This document shows positions 12,954-27,790 of a DNA stretch of 64,000 nucleotides, one piece after another (position 1 is the stretch's first letter; each line of letters starts with the position of its first letter). Location of the stretch: the NCBI GenBank assembly GCA_012295275.1, contig CM022670.1, forward strand, positions 20,026,001-20,090,000, written 5' to 3'. The stretch comes from Chrysomallon squamiferum. Its lineage: Eukaryota > Animalia > Mollusca. The notes under the pieces are model-generated. The model was not told the origin of the DNA. It ran no database searches and saw only the letters and a program-made list of their open reading frames with translations. A program made the position numbers and the translations under genes.

Positions 12954-12997
<44 letters not shown>

Positions 12998-13175
12998 CTG
13001 ACCTCAATTTCATTTTTTATCAAAATTATTTTTTTTATTGAATTTATGTAAATGAATATATATATTATCATGTTTTTCTGTAATTAAAAGTACTGAAAAT
13101 ATTTTGTGTACAAGTAGAAATAAAGTATAGATAATATTATAAATCTTACATCTGTTTCATACATTTTACTTATAT

Positions 13176-13620
13176 GGGTCATTCCATGTCAAATCATCAC
13201 CCCAAATTTAAAAAAAAAAAATTAAACCCGACCGTCTCAGATTTTTATGAAACTTGGTATACTTGTTGACTGAGATCCCACAGGACCAAATCAGAAATTT
13301 TAGGCCAATCGGAGATATGGTCCCCCGAATTTTGAGATTTTGGGCAAAAATGGGCGTGACCACCAACCTTTGAACCCTCAATCTCAGGAACTACTGAGCC
13401 AATCTTCATAAAATTGGTATTGTTGAAAAGGCAATATGACAAGGATTCCAAATCTGCCATTATTGTTCAGTTTGGAAAATTGGGGGTCACTGACCTTTTG
13501 ACCTTTGTTATGACCTTGAAATTGACCGTGTGGATCACGTGACCTTGAGATGACTTTTTTGAAATTTAATCTCCCACATGTTAACTAAAACATATCAAAG
13601 TTTCCTGGGTGTAATATTTT
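13176..13620. mobile_element. Probable terminus of a DNA transposon (one long TIR arm)
   Basis: Abrupt GC rise starting GGGTCATTCCATGTCAAATC, with ...atgaaacttggtata... and tgacctt repeats typical of invertebrate TIR arms; I did not find the matching inverted end; right boundary approximate. Confidence 0.45.
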
Positions 13621-14422
13621 CTGGCAGGTTTATAAATTATTCCAAATCAACAGCTTAAATGAAATACTGAACAACTAAAAAAAGACAGTTCTAGTATTGC
13701 ATGTCTGACATCATAACATATCAACAGAAAGTCTTAAAATACTCTCCTAACATGAAAATCATTTTATCTTTTCTTCACATGAGTAAGTAGAAAAAGAACC
13801 AAAGTCTTAAAATGCTGTTTATAACATCAGATCATTTGTATTTTTTCCTATCATTTAACATGAAGGCAGCAGTCTTTGAACCACCACAAAACAAACTGCT
13901 AAACATACAGAATAACACTGACATCAAAGACTGAAGAAATCAGATTTTATTTCTTTTTGTTTTGTTTCTTTATGAGAACAATACCCCAATTCAAGTAATC
14001 TTATCTGTCATTCAGAATACAGATAAAACCAATCGACCAAATGATCAATACACTACTGTAGCTATGACGGCCCAGGATACTGAGCAAGCCTTTTTTCTTT
14101 TCTTTTTTTTATAACTGTAACGGCACACTCAAAGTGTTCAGATTTACAGTGATTACACGACCGTTAACATGCTGGCCATCAGTGGTTCGACATGTCCTCT
14201 GTGATCGGCTCACTCGATTACGATTAGCTCACTAAAGCCTAACCAGTTTTGTTACACTTTTGGAAATGACTGTGTGTACACTTTGTTCTTGTTTGATCAT
14301 GCCTCTGTGCCTTTCCTGAAGTTGTTCATATATATATTTTTTTTTTTGCCTGAGAACACCCGTGATTTTATTGACAGGTAGAAAAAGACAGGTTTGCTGG
14401 ATTTAAGTGGAATTTTGACAAC

Positions 14423-14571
14423 ATCTTCAACTGCTCTTTGATGATGGAGGTCTCTCAGTGAATACAAAAAAAGATGACAACAGTGATTGAGTTTGCCCGA
14501 GTTGGTTAGTAAATTTAATTTAATTAATTAATATTAATTTCTTGTACTAACTGTATAGTTGCTTCTGGCAA

Positions 14572-14614
<43 letters not shown>

Positions 14615-14910
14615 TTTTTTTTTTTTTTTTTTTTCATTTTGTTTTTGCAAGTTTAATTTAATAATTAATTAATATTAATTAGAAAAATAATTTAATAATC
14701 TTCAACTGCTTTTTGATGATGGAGGTCTCTCAGTGAATACAAGATGACAACAGTGATTGAGTTTGCCTGAGTTGGTTAGTAAATTTAATTTAATTAATTA
14801 ATATTAATTTCTTGTACTAAATGTAGAGGGTTTTTTTTTTTCAGTTTTTTTTTTGTTTCTTGTTCAGTTTGATAATTTAATTTAATAATTAATTAATATT
14901 AATTAGTTAG
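14423..14910 (+). repeat. Recent tandem duplication, ~275 bp period
   Basis: 14423-14550 is nearly identical to 14698-14820 (atcttcaactgct...cttgtactaa); the AT-rich tail is also duplicated. Confidence 0.85.
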
Positions 14911-15161
14911 GAATAGAAATTTAATTAATTATTACTCTCATTGAAATTACTGTTGTTTTCATTAATTTAAATGAATGAATTAATATGAATTAGTTAACAA
15001 ACAGCTCTTTATGACATTTTGTTTCCTTGAATTTTAACATGAATAACAAATTTTAGTTACTTAACAAACTTTAATTTATTTTTGTGCTAACTGAAAGTAT
15101 TTTATGGATTGCTTAAAGGTTCACATGGGTCTTAAAAATCTTGGGTTAGTACCTATGTATA

Positions 15162-15192
<31 letters not shown>

Positions 15193-15398
15193 ACATACCT
15201 CTTATTGGTACAGGCTTCATGCTGGGTCTTTACAGTAATCAGTGTTTTATTGGACAAACAGGATGCATTTGTTTACTTAATAACATTTCAGTGTATTGTT
15301 TTATTATCGGCACTTGTACAAGTATGGGCAACTTTGTTTTTCAGCATATAGATACAAGTGCACTGACTGAAAATTAAAAATTGCCTCACCATGTATTA

Positions 15399-15411
15399 AT
15401 GGAGAAATTAG
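15399..15411 (+). CDS. RGS22: Candidate RGS22-like start (MEKL, phase 1)
   Basis: ATG GAG AAA TTA G|gttgat, downstream of acceptor tttttcag (15343); supplies the phase 1 needed by the 16830 exon; weak donor. Confidence 0.3.
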
Positions 15412-15987
15412 GTTGATAACTTAAATAAATAAATAAATAAATAAATAAATGAATGAATAGTAAAATAAATAAATAAATAAATACACAAATAAATAAACAA
15501 ACAAAAAATAAACAAAAGAAAAAGAAAGAAAAAGAAAATAGCAGTTAAATATATTTATTATAAAATAGATATATACATATATTTTGAATACTTAATAATC
15601 TCCTTATTATAAGTTGTTATTACTAAAGCTTGAATTTGGCATTTTAACATTTGCCCTTATCTCACATTTAATACATACATATATATATAATTATTAATCC
15701 ACAGATTTTTCATCATCTATTAATTCCATAGAGTTTTAGTGGTAGGCCTTTACATGGTAGGTACTAAGACCAATTCCAAGCTTCTACTCAAAGTAAACAT
15801 GAAGTTATAAAACCAGCAAACATTTTCTTTCCTCTTTAATTAACTCACTAAAATATATCTGTTAGGTATGACAAGGACTGTTCTCTTTATTTATATTCTG
15901 GACATTTGATATTTGTATATTTTAGTTTTATTTGTGATATTTAAGGTTATACCTGAAACAAAATGTTTCATTAATAGATAATTAATA

Positions 15988-16662
15988 CAGTGGTACCTCG
16001 AGTTCTGAGTGCTCCAACTTACGAGCAGCCGTATGGGTCAATTTTATGCTTTGAGTTGCGAGCCAAAATGCGAGTTACAAGCTAGTTGGCACAATGAACA
16101 ACACAACATCCACCCAGCATCCCGTGACTCACTCATTTGTTTCACGTGGTTACCTCGTCGTGGAAGCATCTCTGTTGTGTTATACGCATGATTTGCAGTA
16201 TTTTGCCAAATTTCCATGGACCCTAAGAAAGTGAGTGCAAAGGACATAGCTGAGAAGAAGAAATGGATGATGTCCATTGAAATCATAGAAAAACATGAGT
16301 GAGGTGTGCATGTTGTCAATACGGCTAGGCAGTATGAGCATAGTACTTTTATGATATGTACCATACTGAAGCAGAAGGAGTCGATAAAGGCTTTAACTCC
16401 AGACAAAGGAGTTAAAATAATTTCTAAGCTGCAGACCTCAGTCCATGAAAAGATGGAGAAATCCTAATCCTGTACACTTTACAAAACCAATTTATTTCTT
16501 TACTTTCTCTTTTATTTTGTTTTTATACAATATTTGTCATTTATACCAACATTTTTCTTATTTAAAAACATGTTTCAAAACACTGGGGTGGTTTTGGGGA
16601 CTAGAATGGAGTTATGAGCTCAGTCATGGAATGAATTAAACTTGTAAGTCAAGGTACCACTG
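15988..16662 (+). mobile_element. Tigger/pogo-type non-autonomous DNA transposon, copy 1
   Basis: TA|CAGTGGTACCT...AGGTACCACTG|TA TIRs with TA TSD; decayed transposase start MDPKKVSAKDIAEKKKWMMSIE..IIEKHE*GV. Confidence 0.9.
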
Positions 16663-16829
16663 TATGTGTATCTGAGAGTGTGTGTGTGTCTTTTTAAAAA
16701 GAAACCCAACTTATATCTATGTACATGTAAGGATTTTATTTTTGATGATATTTCATTGCTTTCTTTTTGTGTAGTTTTAAATTATCAAATAGAAACTCAA
16801 ATTCTTAATAATTATAATTTTTATTACAG

Positions 16830-16858
16830 ATCCTCCAGTGGTGAAGTTCAATCATGTG
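16830..16858 (+). CDS. RGS22: RGS22-like 29-nt exon (D)PPVVKFNHV
   Basis: ttattacag|AT...GTG|gtaagt; resembles vertebrate RGS22 N-terminal EPPTITEEEF; joins in phase 0 to 33935. Confidence 0.72.
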
Positions 16859-16930
16859 GTAAGTTCAACATGAAACTTATTAAGAAACAAACACACAGAT
16901 ACCCAAAAATACAAGTATGTATGTGTGTAT

Positions 16931-16982
<52 letters not shown>

Positions 16983-19109
16983 ATAAATATATAAAGCACA
17001 GCAGGATACAATCATTTAATCAAACACACCTACAGCATTATAAAAAAAAAATTATAGTCACAATTATAAACACACATATAAAGATATAAATACTCATGTC
17101 ACTAAAACAAACATATTCATATATATATTCATACAAACATATATACATAAAGAACAACAAACACAAAATTATATAAAAGTGCTGAGTTGGAAGAATGAAA
17201 ACATGTGAATATACTTATTTAAAGAAACATATAAATATAAATGAAGCTAAAAGAAACAATTTGGGTTTTTTAAAGAATTTATTATCAGAATAAATACATC
17301 GGCTACACCCTTCAATTATATACAAAAACATTTTGGCACACAAGAACAAAACTTCATTATAATGATAATCTGGATTGTGTGTCTTTAAGTCCTTTTAAAA
17401 GAGAAAAAATATGGCTGACACTGTATAACATAATTTGAGATTATGTTCAGTAATTCTGATCATGTGAATTGCAAGACAAGATAGGATTTAGTTTTATAAA
17501 CAGTCCATTGAACTTGTTATTAATTGCATTATTCAGATGACTTGTTTAGAATTCACTCTCACTCCTTGAAACTCTTTTTTTTTTTGTATACCCAAATCCC
17601 TGGCACTATAAGTATGGATTAGCATTTACAAAATGTCTAAACAGGCAACCGATGTTTTTATTAATGTCTTTAATCTTTGGGTCATCCATATTTGACACTA
17701 CCAGTCAGTAATGTATCTAGCCCTGTTTGTAGGAGCCTTTCACCTTTTCAATAGTTCCTTGTTTACTTTTGTGGAAATCAATGTAAATTTCTATAGACAG
17801 TGATTGTGTTTTTTCTATGGGCAATGAAAAGTTTTTTTTGTGTATTGATTTGTAAACTATTTTGCAGCTTCTTTTATGCTGACATTTACAAAATGTTAAG
17901 CCTGTTTATTGCTGCTGTCATTATATGGACCATACCAAATGTTTATAACAGGAATTTCTTTTTCTTTTTCTTTCTTTCTTTTTTCATTTTTCACTCACTC
18001 TTTTTTATTATAAAAAATAAAATAAATAAAGTGAATTTAAGTTTCATTTAGATGAATAGATAACATACTGAAACCATAACATATTGAAACCATACTGTCC
18101 ATTAAGTATAATGTATAATAAGAATATGCTTATAAATATATGATGTCCTCATTTAAAAGTAGGAGAAACCATATTTGTGACTAATACATACATGCTTTAC
18201 TGAGGTCTAATATATGTTTATTTTTCTAAGAACAAGACTTTATAAGAAGTATTATTTTCTTTGTAATAAATTCATCATCATGTAAACATTGTAATAAATA
18301 TCAGTAGTGTCACAGTTGTTTTTTTAAATATATTTTGTTTATGTCATGATTTTACTATGATATAAATATCTTGCTAATGACTATTGCCAGTATTTTGATC
18401 TGTGTATGTATATATTATATTTGTGTAAGTGTATGTGCAGGTATCCACAGGTATATGTATATGAATGATTATTTGAATATATATATGAGTATTTATCTAT
18501 GATAATATGAATTTACTTTCAAGTGTGAGCAGGTATAATAAAATATACCTTGCTGCTGATGATAGCTTATTAATTATTTATAAATTATTATTATATTCTT
18601 TTCATATTTGTTTATTTATTTATGTTTGTGTGTGTGTGTTCGTGGTACCTTGGTGTTTTCAATATAAACATCACAGCAGAGATCTCAAAGTCATTTTTGT
18701 TCTAGAGTTGTCTCTGACCATATTGACATCTTCGCATTTCCCAGTCATTACTAATTCCCTTTCTTTCATCTTAGTTAAGGTAATCCCTACTTAGGAAAAT
18801 CTTTCACTCAGTCTCACTATTTATCATTATCTGCACGTCAAGTACTACCCTGCACATTTCACCCTACTGCCCTGAATCCTTTGTCTTCTCACATACTGTA
18901 GTCTGGTTGAGAATGATTCATCTCCTTTCGTTCAAATAGTGAGGTACCGCTCAGTCATAAGAGCCCTTACCCAGTAGGTTATCAGATCAATTCTCCTAAG
19001 ACATTTATTAACTTATTTTGCATTCCATCTAGATTTGACTGATTATCAAACAAAGTGGTAGGTACTGTTTTGTGAATGCATTTAACAGATAACTTGTTAA
19101 TAATAGAAA

Positions 19110-19325
19110 ATAATGGTTATCAAAGGCTGTGGTATGTAGGATTTTGTCAGTGAAAAGGTTTATATAACAGATTACTTGGTAGTAATAGAAAATAATGATT
19201 ATTAAATGCTATGTAATGTTATGTTAGGGAAAAGGTTTATATATAAGACTTCTTGCTGCTAATGGAAACTAAAACAGCATGTTTTCAGTGAAGATGATAT
19301 GTCAGAAATAACCAAATATGACAGA
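19110..19325 (+). mobile_element. Degenerate SINE fragment with an internal duplication
   Basis: tatcaaaggctgtggtatgt...cttgctgctaatggaaa resembles the core of the SINE at 30865. Confidence 0.45.
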
Positions 19326-21310
19326 AAATTGATTTGGTGGTATATAATTTTATGTTGTGTCACAAGTATTGGTCGTTTTCTAACAACAGTATAAAAGAAG
19401 AAATCCTCAAAGCAATTATAATTTAAATTTAGTTTTACTGACGCGTTTTAAGAATTGTAATCCCTCCAGTTATTCAGACAGGCACACCAACATTTTGTGC
19501 AGCAGACAAAACTGTGCATGAAGTAGCACATTTTTAATCAAATGGATTACATTCCTGTCTTGGAATTAAAGTAACAGTTTACTATAAAGCTTCATGAACA
19601 TTACTGTTCTGCAGAAATTAACCACTGAAAAATTATAGTGAAAAAAAATCATGTTCAAAGAGTACAGTTTGTACAGTCTTATATCATTTGAAATGATTAT
19701 GTGTATATGATCAAACATACTTGTCTCTTTCAATTTTTTGCTGCATCTCTATATCTGTCAAGTGCTAAATTTTAATGAATAAATTATTTTAATTAACAAT
19801 AAATAATCAGTTTGAAAACACTGGTTATGTTAAAATTGTGTTTGTTATGTATGTTTGTATGTAAATATTTATTTGCAAAACAGATGATTTTATTTAATGG
19901 TATTCCAAACCATAACTTTATTAAGTATGTTTATCAGTTACCAGCATAACAACAAACTTGTTTAGTAACAAACAAAATGTTGTTTATGTCATTAACATTT
20001 CCCTCATGGCCTTTCTAGCAAAATGCTCCACATTAATCAATATTATCACAAACAGAACTCATTAAAAAAAAATGTACACCTTTTGATATTTGTGTGCCAT
20101 TCTTCAGTATCTATGAGATTCTTTTTACCTGCCGGTATTTTCAATATTCACAATGGCTGTGTTACCTGGCATTCAGCATTATTGTCATTTCCTACCACAC
20201 CTGTTTATTAGCTATAATCTGCTATTAATCTGATTGATCGAGGTTTATCAACAGTGTTATACATTGTGACACTGTAGCCTGTATACTTGACACTGATTGG
20301 CATTAGTAATGTTTTGTATGTGGGCCACATATTCTGATATGACAAAGTTTAGAGGGATTAATCTTTGATTTTGCTTCCCCTCTCCTTTCCCACCCCCTCC
20401 GTAGAACACCCTGAAGGAAAAATAAATACTGTTTGTTCAGGTTTCATATGGTGTTGGCTGTGAGCTGTGTGGTTTGACTGACTGGGTGTAAGATACTTGT
20501 ATAGGTAGTGGTGCATGAGTATATTTTAGTGTTTGGTTATGTATTTGGGTGATGTAATTAAATATGTGTTGTGTTTGTGTTTATATGTATATGTGTTTGT
20601 GAATGTGTGTATGTGTATGTGTTTACATAAACTTGCATTAACCTTGACTATAATTATGTCCATCGATAAACAACTTCCATTCCAATACACTGTTTGTAAT
20701 ACATAACCATCATTTTCCAAACAGTATATTATATCACCTATATCAGCTATTTATTTTGCTTCTGAAAGTTCAAATACAAATAAAAAATGTCTTTGCCTGA
20801 TACTTAAACTACTTAGTCATGAGCAAACATATTTAAGTACTTCTGTGTTGTACTGCCCTTCAAATATCAACTGTATAACACATGTTATCTGTAAACTGTG
20901 GTCAAGAGGTCTAATAAATTTTGAACTCCTATTATTTACACTTCTTTTTAAAGTCAGTGGAGCATTTGTGCCGTTTTGTGCTGGTAATTAATATGGACTG
21001 CTTCACTGCTAAAGATTTACATATGGTACAGACCTGTGGCAGGTATGACAAAGTGGAAATTGTAATGAGTTGTGCTATCAGATTATTGTTGGACTGTGAA
21101 GTCAAAAGCAGCTGGTATTGTATTTCATAGGTTGTGATTTTGTGTTGTGTTTGTGTGTGGGATGACCAAGAGTGCCTTGTTTATGTGTTTTGTTATGTGA
21201 CTAAGTCTTTTTACATACATGTATACATATTGAGTGTTTATGTCAATAAATATAACAAAGAATGTCAGCATATTTGGGTTTATGTATGAGAGTTTACCTG
21301 TATGAGAATA

Positions 21311-21975
21311 CGCTGGTATCTTGACTTATGAGTGCACCAACTTATGAGTGTTCTGAGTTACAAGCAGTTGCCTGGTTAGTTTTTTGCTTTGAGTTGCAAG
21401 CCAAAATCTGTGTTATGAGTTAGCTTCAGATACGCTGCCACTAGTTGACACAACAAACAACACAACATCCACCCAGCATCCTGTGTCTCACTCAGTACTT
21501 TATGTGGTTACCTTCCCACAGGAGCATCTCTGTTGTGTTGTGCTTGCATTTTCTGCTGTATTTTGCCAATTTTCTTTTTTCTGACCATGGATCGAAAGAA
21601 AGTGAATACAAAGGACAGTGCTAAGAAGAAGTAGCAGATGATGTCTATTGAATTAAATCATGAAAAACATGATAAAGGCCACAGGTGTTAAATGATTTGT
21701 CTGAACTCCAATATAATTACACTTTACAAAGAAATTTATTTCTTTACATTCTCTTTCATTTTGTTTTTTATATACAGTATTTATCATTTATATAAATACA
21801 TTTTTTAAATTTAAAACCACATTACAAAAATTGGGGTGGTTTTTGGGGGTTGGAACAGATTAATGGTATTTCAATTAATTTCAGTTGGGAAAATTGATTT
21901 GATATATGGGCAAATTGAGTTAAGAGCTCAGTCACAGAAAAAAAAAAAAACCCCACATAAGTCAAAGTACCACTG
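21311..21975 (+). mobile_element. Tigger/pogo-type non-autonomous DNA transposon, copy 2
   Basis: TA|CGCTGGTATCTTGACTTATG...CATAAGTCAAAGTACCACTG|TA; colinear with copy 1 (cacaacatccacccagcatcc, atggatcgaaagaaagtga). Confidence 0.88.
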
Positions 21976-24110
21976 TATAATCTAAGTATTTGTGTGTTGT
22001 GTTGTGTATTTGTTTCTGTATTGTGTTGGGTGTTTGGTGCATTTGATAGAGAACTGGCATGACAAAAATTGAAGTGATAATAAGTGATATTGGAAAAGTA
22101 TTGTACTGTGAAATTAACAATTGGTTTTTTTTTTTGGTTTTTTTGGTTTTTTAGAAAAAGTTTGTGGAAAAGTATGGATATATTAAAAAGGGATTGTCAG
22201 AGCTATGAACCAGAATTAGCAAAAGCATTAATAATTAAATTATCAGTTTTTAACATGCTTTTATGTATTACTCTCTCCGTTTTTATGTGACTGTTTCTTA
22301 GAGTATTTTTCTTACACTCTCTCTTTGTATATGTCTATCTGTAATACTCAGTCTTTTTCTCTTTCTGTTACTCTTTGTATATATCTCTTTCTCTCACAGT
22401 CATTCACTTGGTCTGTTTCTTTCCATCTCGTTATCAGTCATTCTTTAGTCTGTCTATCTATCTGTGAGTCTGTCTGTCTGTCTGTCTGTCTGTCTATGAG
22501 TCTGTCTGTCTGTCTGTCTGTCTATCTGTCTGTATGTCTGCCTGTCTATTTCCATCCAGATATCCATAATAGTCACTCTTTGACTTTTTTTAATTCCTCT
22601 CTCTCCATCATCTTGATGGTCCTTCTTTTAGTTTTTCTGTCCAGATATCTATAACCAATTCTTTTTCTGTGTCTGCCAGACTGTCCATCTTTTTATTGGT
22701 CATTCTTTTAACATGTCTTCTCTGTCTGTTTCTAAACATCTGCATCTGTTGTTCTGCTTCTAACTCCTTTCTCTAGATCTTATTTGTGTCTGTCTGTCTA
22801 ACTGTATATCTGTCTGTATCTCTGTGTGTCTCTCTCTGTATCTGTTTCTATAAATCTATGTATACAGAATGCATACACCCAGACAAAAAATATTACTTAT
22901 TGATTGTAAGCATTTCACATCTGGACAGTGTTCAGGTTGTACAAAATGAATGAGGTTGCTAAGAGTTGTCTACCTGTGTGTGGTGAATTAACTTCTACTT
23001 AGTATGATTACTTCCAGCTGTCAGATTTCATCCATTATTAACATCTACAATCCACATATTTATCAGATTAAAGTGAAGTAAAAACTGAATATAGATAATC
23101 ATGAGCCTGATGAACCTTCTGCTTGTTTGTTGTTAAGAGTTGATGTAGGAGATGAGGAGTGTGGCTGGTTATTAGATTAATAATAATAATGTTAGTGTGG
23201 AAACGTTAAAACTCATTAATAATGATGATAAAATTAGAATACAAAATAATAATATTGATTATTAAAGTAAATAATAATGATAATGATAATAAAGATCATA
23301 ATAATGATAATGATAATAAAGATCATAATAATAAAATTATAATATGTTAATATAATACAAGGACACATTTCCAACATTTCAAAAACAGTAAAGATGATTA
23401 ATGCAATGTAAAATATACTCTCTACAATTCTCTCTTGTCTGACTGAAATCCTTAAAAAAAATTTATAAAAACAATCTCTATGTTCTATTTCAGGAAAACA
23501 GTATCTCCAACACTTTTAGAATAGTCCTAATAATCATTTTAACTTTTCAAACAAACAAAACAATGGAACCTTACATTCTTTTTCATAAGTTTCTAACTCT
23601 GTAGTGGGACAATGGTCCAAAGAGATGTAACTTCAGTTACTGTTTTTTACAGTCAATGGATGTAAAATTAATGAAGTTGCCTAATTGATCTTTTAGAATC
23701 TTTTTAATCTCTTAATTAACACGAGGAGCATATTCCTTTTGATCTTTAAAACAGTAAATAAAACTTGATAAATACTTATTACAAACAAAGCATTTTTTTT
23801 TTCAGCCTTTTTTTCTTATTTTATTTATTTACTGTTTGTTTGTTTTTCTGTTTTTTGGCTGTTGTTTTTTTTAAATTTTAGTTTTTACTCATTTTAAATA
23901 CAAGTAGTTATATGTATGCAATAACAAATTTTAAAAATGTATTATGTGGTAGAGTTGTTAGTATATAAACAATAAATTGTATTGTGTTATACTCACATGT
24001 AAAAAATATAAATTATATCGGAGTCAGTTTTAGTGAATTTAATTTTTAAAAGTACTAAAATGGCAATATATATATATATATTTATTTATATTTTATAACA
24101 AAGCAATACC

Positions 24111-24527
24111 TTCCAATCTCCAAGCATCAAAGTAAATCCATATAATTAATTCTACTCATACAAAAATATAATATGAGAAGCTGTGAAACACTTAAGCATG
24201 GAAATATTATGTTCAAATTTTGCTGAAGTAGTCTTTCATTAACAAAACAATAAAAAAAGCCTAATGAAAATAGAAAAAAAGGAAGAAACAACTTAAAAAA
24301 GCAATTCTAAAATAATATATATCTGAATAATAAATATAAATAAATAATATAATAATAAAAATCTTTTGAAAATCTTTTAAAATAAATAAATATTAAAAAA
24401 AAGAAAAGAAAGAAAAAAAAACCCCTCTTTCCAATCTTGAGATGTCAAAGTAATTCCATATTATTAATTCTTCTCAAACACAAATGTAATATGAGAAACC
24501 ATCAAAAGCATATGCATGGGAATATTA
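24111..24527 (+). repeat. Diverged direct duplication of ~100 bp
   Basis: 24111-24208 vs 24429-24527 (ttccaatct...tcaaagtaa.tccatat.attaattct...atatgagaa...gcatgg.aatatta). Confidence 0.7.
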
Positions 24528-27500
24528 AACCAACAAATAAATAACACAAAATAATAAATATAGAGATAAAAAAAAATAATAATAATAAGAAAAATGTTTT
24601 AACAAGAAGAAGAAGAAATTTAATCACATGAATCCACTAAAGTATTATTAAAATAATTTGTTTAGTAAATTCTTTCACCTGATAGATATTGATTAACATC
24701 AGAACTCCATTTATACAATACAAAGAAGATCTGACAACATTTTTTTTTTCACTATTTGTAAATAGAATTCTGACATTAGTCACAAAGGTTGTAATCTCAC
24801 TATAAGATTTGATAAACCAACCGTTAGTTTATGATCAGTTTGACAAAGTGTAATTCATAACTTTAGAGATACACACACACCAGCACACACACTGATAAAC
24901 TGGGTAGTTGTAATGTTCTATTTGTTTGTCATAGTTATGCTGTTGTGTATGGAAGTCAAAACAGTTTTAATTGTATGTTATTCATTGTACTTGAGTTGAA
25001 GCAAACACTCAAACAAACTGTTATACTACAGCTGTAGTGATATACAGTATTCTGTTATCTCCTCATATGGAGCATAATGTTATCTCCAGACATACAGTGG
25101 TTCTATTATTGTTTTTGAATATTTTATTTAATGATGCATTCAATACATTCTTAATTTTAAATTATACAGCCTGTTTATAAATATGGTAAAATCCAACACA
25201 AAGAAAGACAGAGAGGAAACTGGTGCTATTATATATGGTTTATTCTTTTTCTTTCTTTTCTCCTTGTTTTTTTTTTCCTTTTTTTTTCTCTCTCTCTTTA
25301 TTGCAAGCAAGAAGTTTTTAATATGTACTTTTCCCACAGGAATGAGAATATATATCAAAATAATTGATAAACTAATTGCTCAGTATAATGACAAAATATA
25401 TTGCAAGAATACTTATATCAGAAAAACATTAAACTTATACCATAGACTGTGCTTGTAAGAATTACATTATTTCATATTACCTTATACAGCAGACAGTTCA
25501 CAGTAAAATATGAGTTATTTTTCTCTTGTTTATAAAAGATTTTTGTAACATTACTTTTTTGGAGGGGGCCTAATTTTCTTCTTTCTATAAAGATTTACTT
25601 AAAACAGGTATGTTAGAAGTCTGAAAGTTAATCTTATGTAAATCAAAAGTGTAGAAAATATGAAATAGTCTGCAAGTTACTTAGTGTGAATGCATCTTTA
25701 GCAGTGTCAACACACACCTTTACATACAAACCTTTTTTATTCTAACCTACTGAATTCTAAATTTAATCATTATAAATATGTCTGTGCTAGACAATTCAAT
25801 TATTTTTGTTTTCTATATTTTATAGGTAAGAATGACTAACCATAATTTATCTTGAGGTATTCTTTGTATATGTTAGACAATTCAATTAATTTTTTTTTTT
25901 TTTTTATTTTTTTTTTTTTATACAAATTATTTTTGTTCAAGTATTGACTGGTTCAATATTTTTGTATTAATTATTAAACATCAATATCCATTATTGGTAT
26001 TCACAAAATTAAAATATTTTTTATATGAAATGCTGATAACAAATTTCTTTTTAAAAACCTTTTAATAACATAATCCATCACTGTTTCATTATTATTTTAG
26101 TGTAATGTTTATAATGTATTTTCTTAAAAGGAATTAATATTTATTAAGTAATTTCTAATATAATATTGGTGTAGATATTGATTTATATTTCTTAATTTTT
26201 AATACTGCGGTTAGTACAGTTTTTGCATAATGATGAATAATATATATTTTAAAAAATATATACCACAATATTTGTCAAAGATTTTCTCTTCCTCTATATT
26301 TCTTGTATTTTGATTATTTGCATTTGGATTATTTGATAATTCATTTAATCATGCATCCAAATAAATACTGTATTTTTAATTAAGAAAATATAGTTAGATT
26401 TTTTATAAAAGATAACAATAACTCAGAAATATATTTGTGTATTGGTAGTTGTGAAATCCATTTAAATTACCTAATTTTATTTAGATAAATGATCATTATA
26501 GTTAAACATGTCAGTTATGGAATGCATAGATTGCGTATGCTTCTCACTCAGTCTTTTTGTTTAGCTTTCACTGCCAGTGAAACTCAGGCTTTTAAGACTT
26601 CCCCTCTAGAAATTGGAAAATTAAGCAGATGCAGTTAACTCCCTTGGATATGTAATTTGTTATTTTATTTAATATTATTATATTAATAAAACTATATCTG
26701 TATTATGTCCCAAAGTAAGTTATTGTACTTTATTTTTTTTTTTTTTTTTTTATTATTTAATGTTTTGATATAAACTGTATTTAAACTAAAATTTAAATTA
26801 ATAAGTTTGCAAATATTTAACAAAACTGACTTTCAGACTGGTGTTTATTTCTTAAATATTAGGTTTATAACAAAAATAAAGTATGAGGTTTCCTTTTACA
26901 TAAATGAAAAACCTATGAAGCTAAAAAATATTTTTAATGTATCAGTATAATTAACAGGTGCTTGTTTACATATGAAAACATTTTTTGTTAAAATTTAATA
27001 CATCTACTTACCTTATGAAGTGAAAAATCTTTAAAAATTAGTTCTACATTTTATTTAACGTATAGTTTAAAAAATACAAAAATCCATGATAGACTGAGTA
27101 ACTACTAATCACCTGAAAAGGTATCTCTAATAATAATCCATTTAAGTGTTTTGCAGAGGAGTTCATTATTATTATTATTATTATTAATTTAATTTTAATT
27201 TAATTTAATTTATTTTTGCAAGAAAAAAGATGTATATTGACACAATTATTATTTATAATTTTTATAAGTTTTATTATTTTCTTTCAATAGGGGACTATTT
27301 GATAAACCTAAAAGTGGAATTTTAGAAATAAATTTAGAACTTTTTAAAATTTATTTATGAGCTGTAACACCAACAACAGTAATTATTATGTGTGCATGCA
27401 TAAACCATGTTGCATTATCACAAGCATAAATAGTATTATTTGCAAACAGTGTTTCTCTGTTTTTCTTATTTTTCTTTTCAATACATTGTTTATATGCATA

Positions 27501-27599
27501 ATTTTTTTTAAATGTAGATAAATTTAGCCAAGTTACAGATGAGGATATGATTTCAGAAACCTAATACTATTACTTCTGTAGTATTTAATTGAGGTGCCT

Positions 27600-27790
27600 G
27601 GAACAGTATTTAAAAAATACTGCCCTTTGTTCCATTTGCTCCCTTCAAGGGTACACCCGTTGTACTTGTTGGCAGACTGCATTATTTATTTTCAGCTGGG
27701 ATTGTTTGTGTCTCATTGTTTAGGTCGTTGTCTGATATCTTGTATGAGTTTTTGAACTTTGTCTTTTGTTTGAGGACACATTTAAGGTGA
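27600..27790 (-). mobile_element. Possible Penelope-like reverse transcriptase remnant
   Basis: Minus strand gives a frameshifted ...VCQQVQ-GVPL-GAN, resembling the Penelope RT motif YxQxxGxPMG. Confidence 0.3.

Noticed and set aside
17280-19010. Possible LINE remnants (minus-strand SARDLGI near 17590; RTE-like sequence at 18680-19010)
   Set aside because: Single short motifs too decayed to assign; the same applies to SCGV at ~47040
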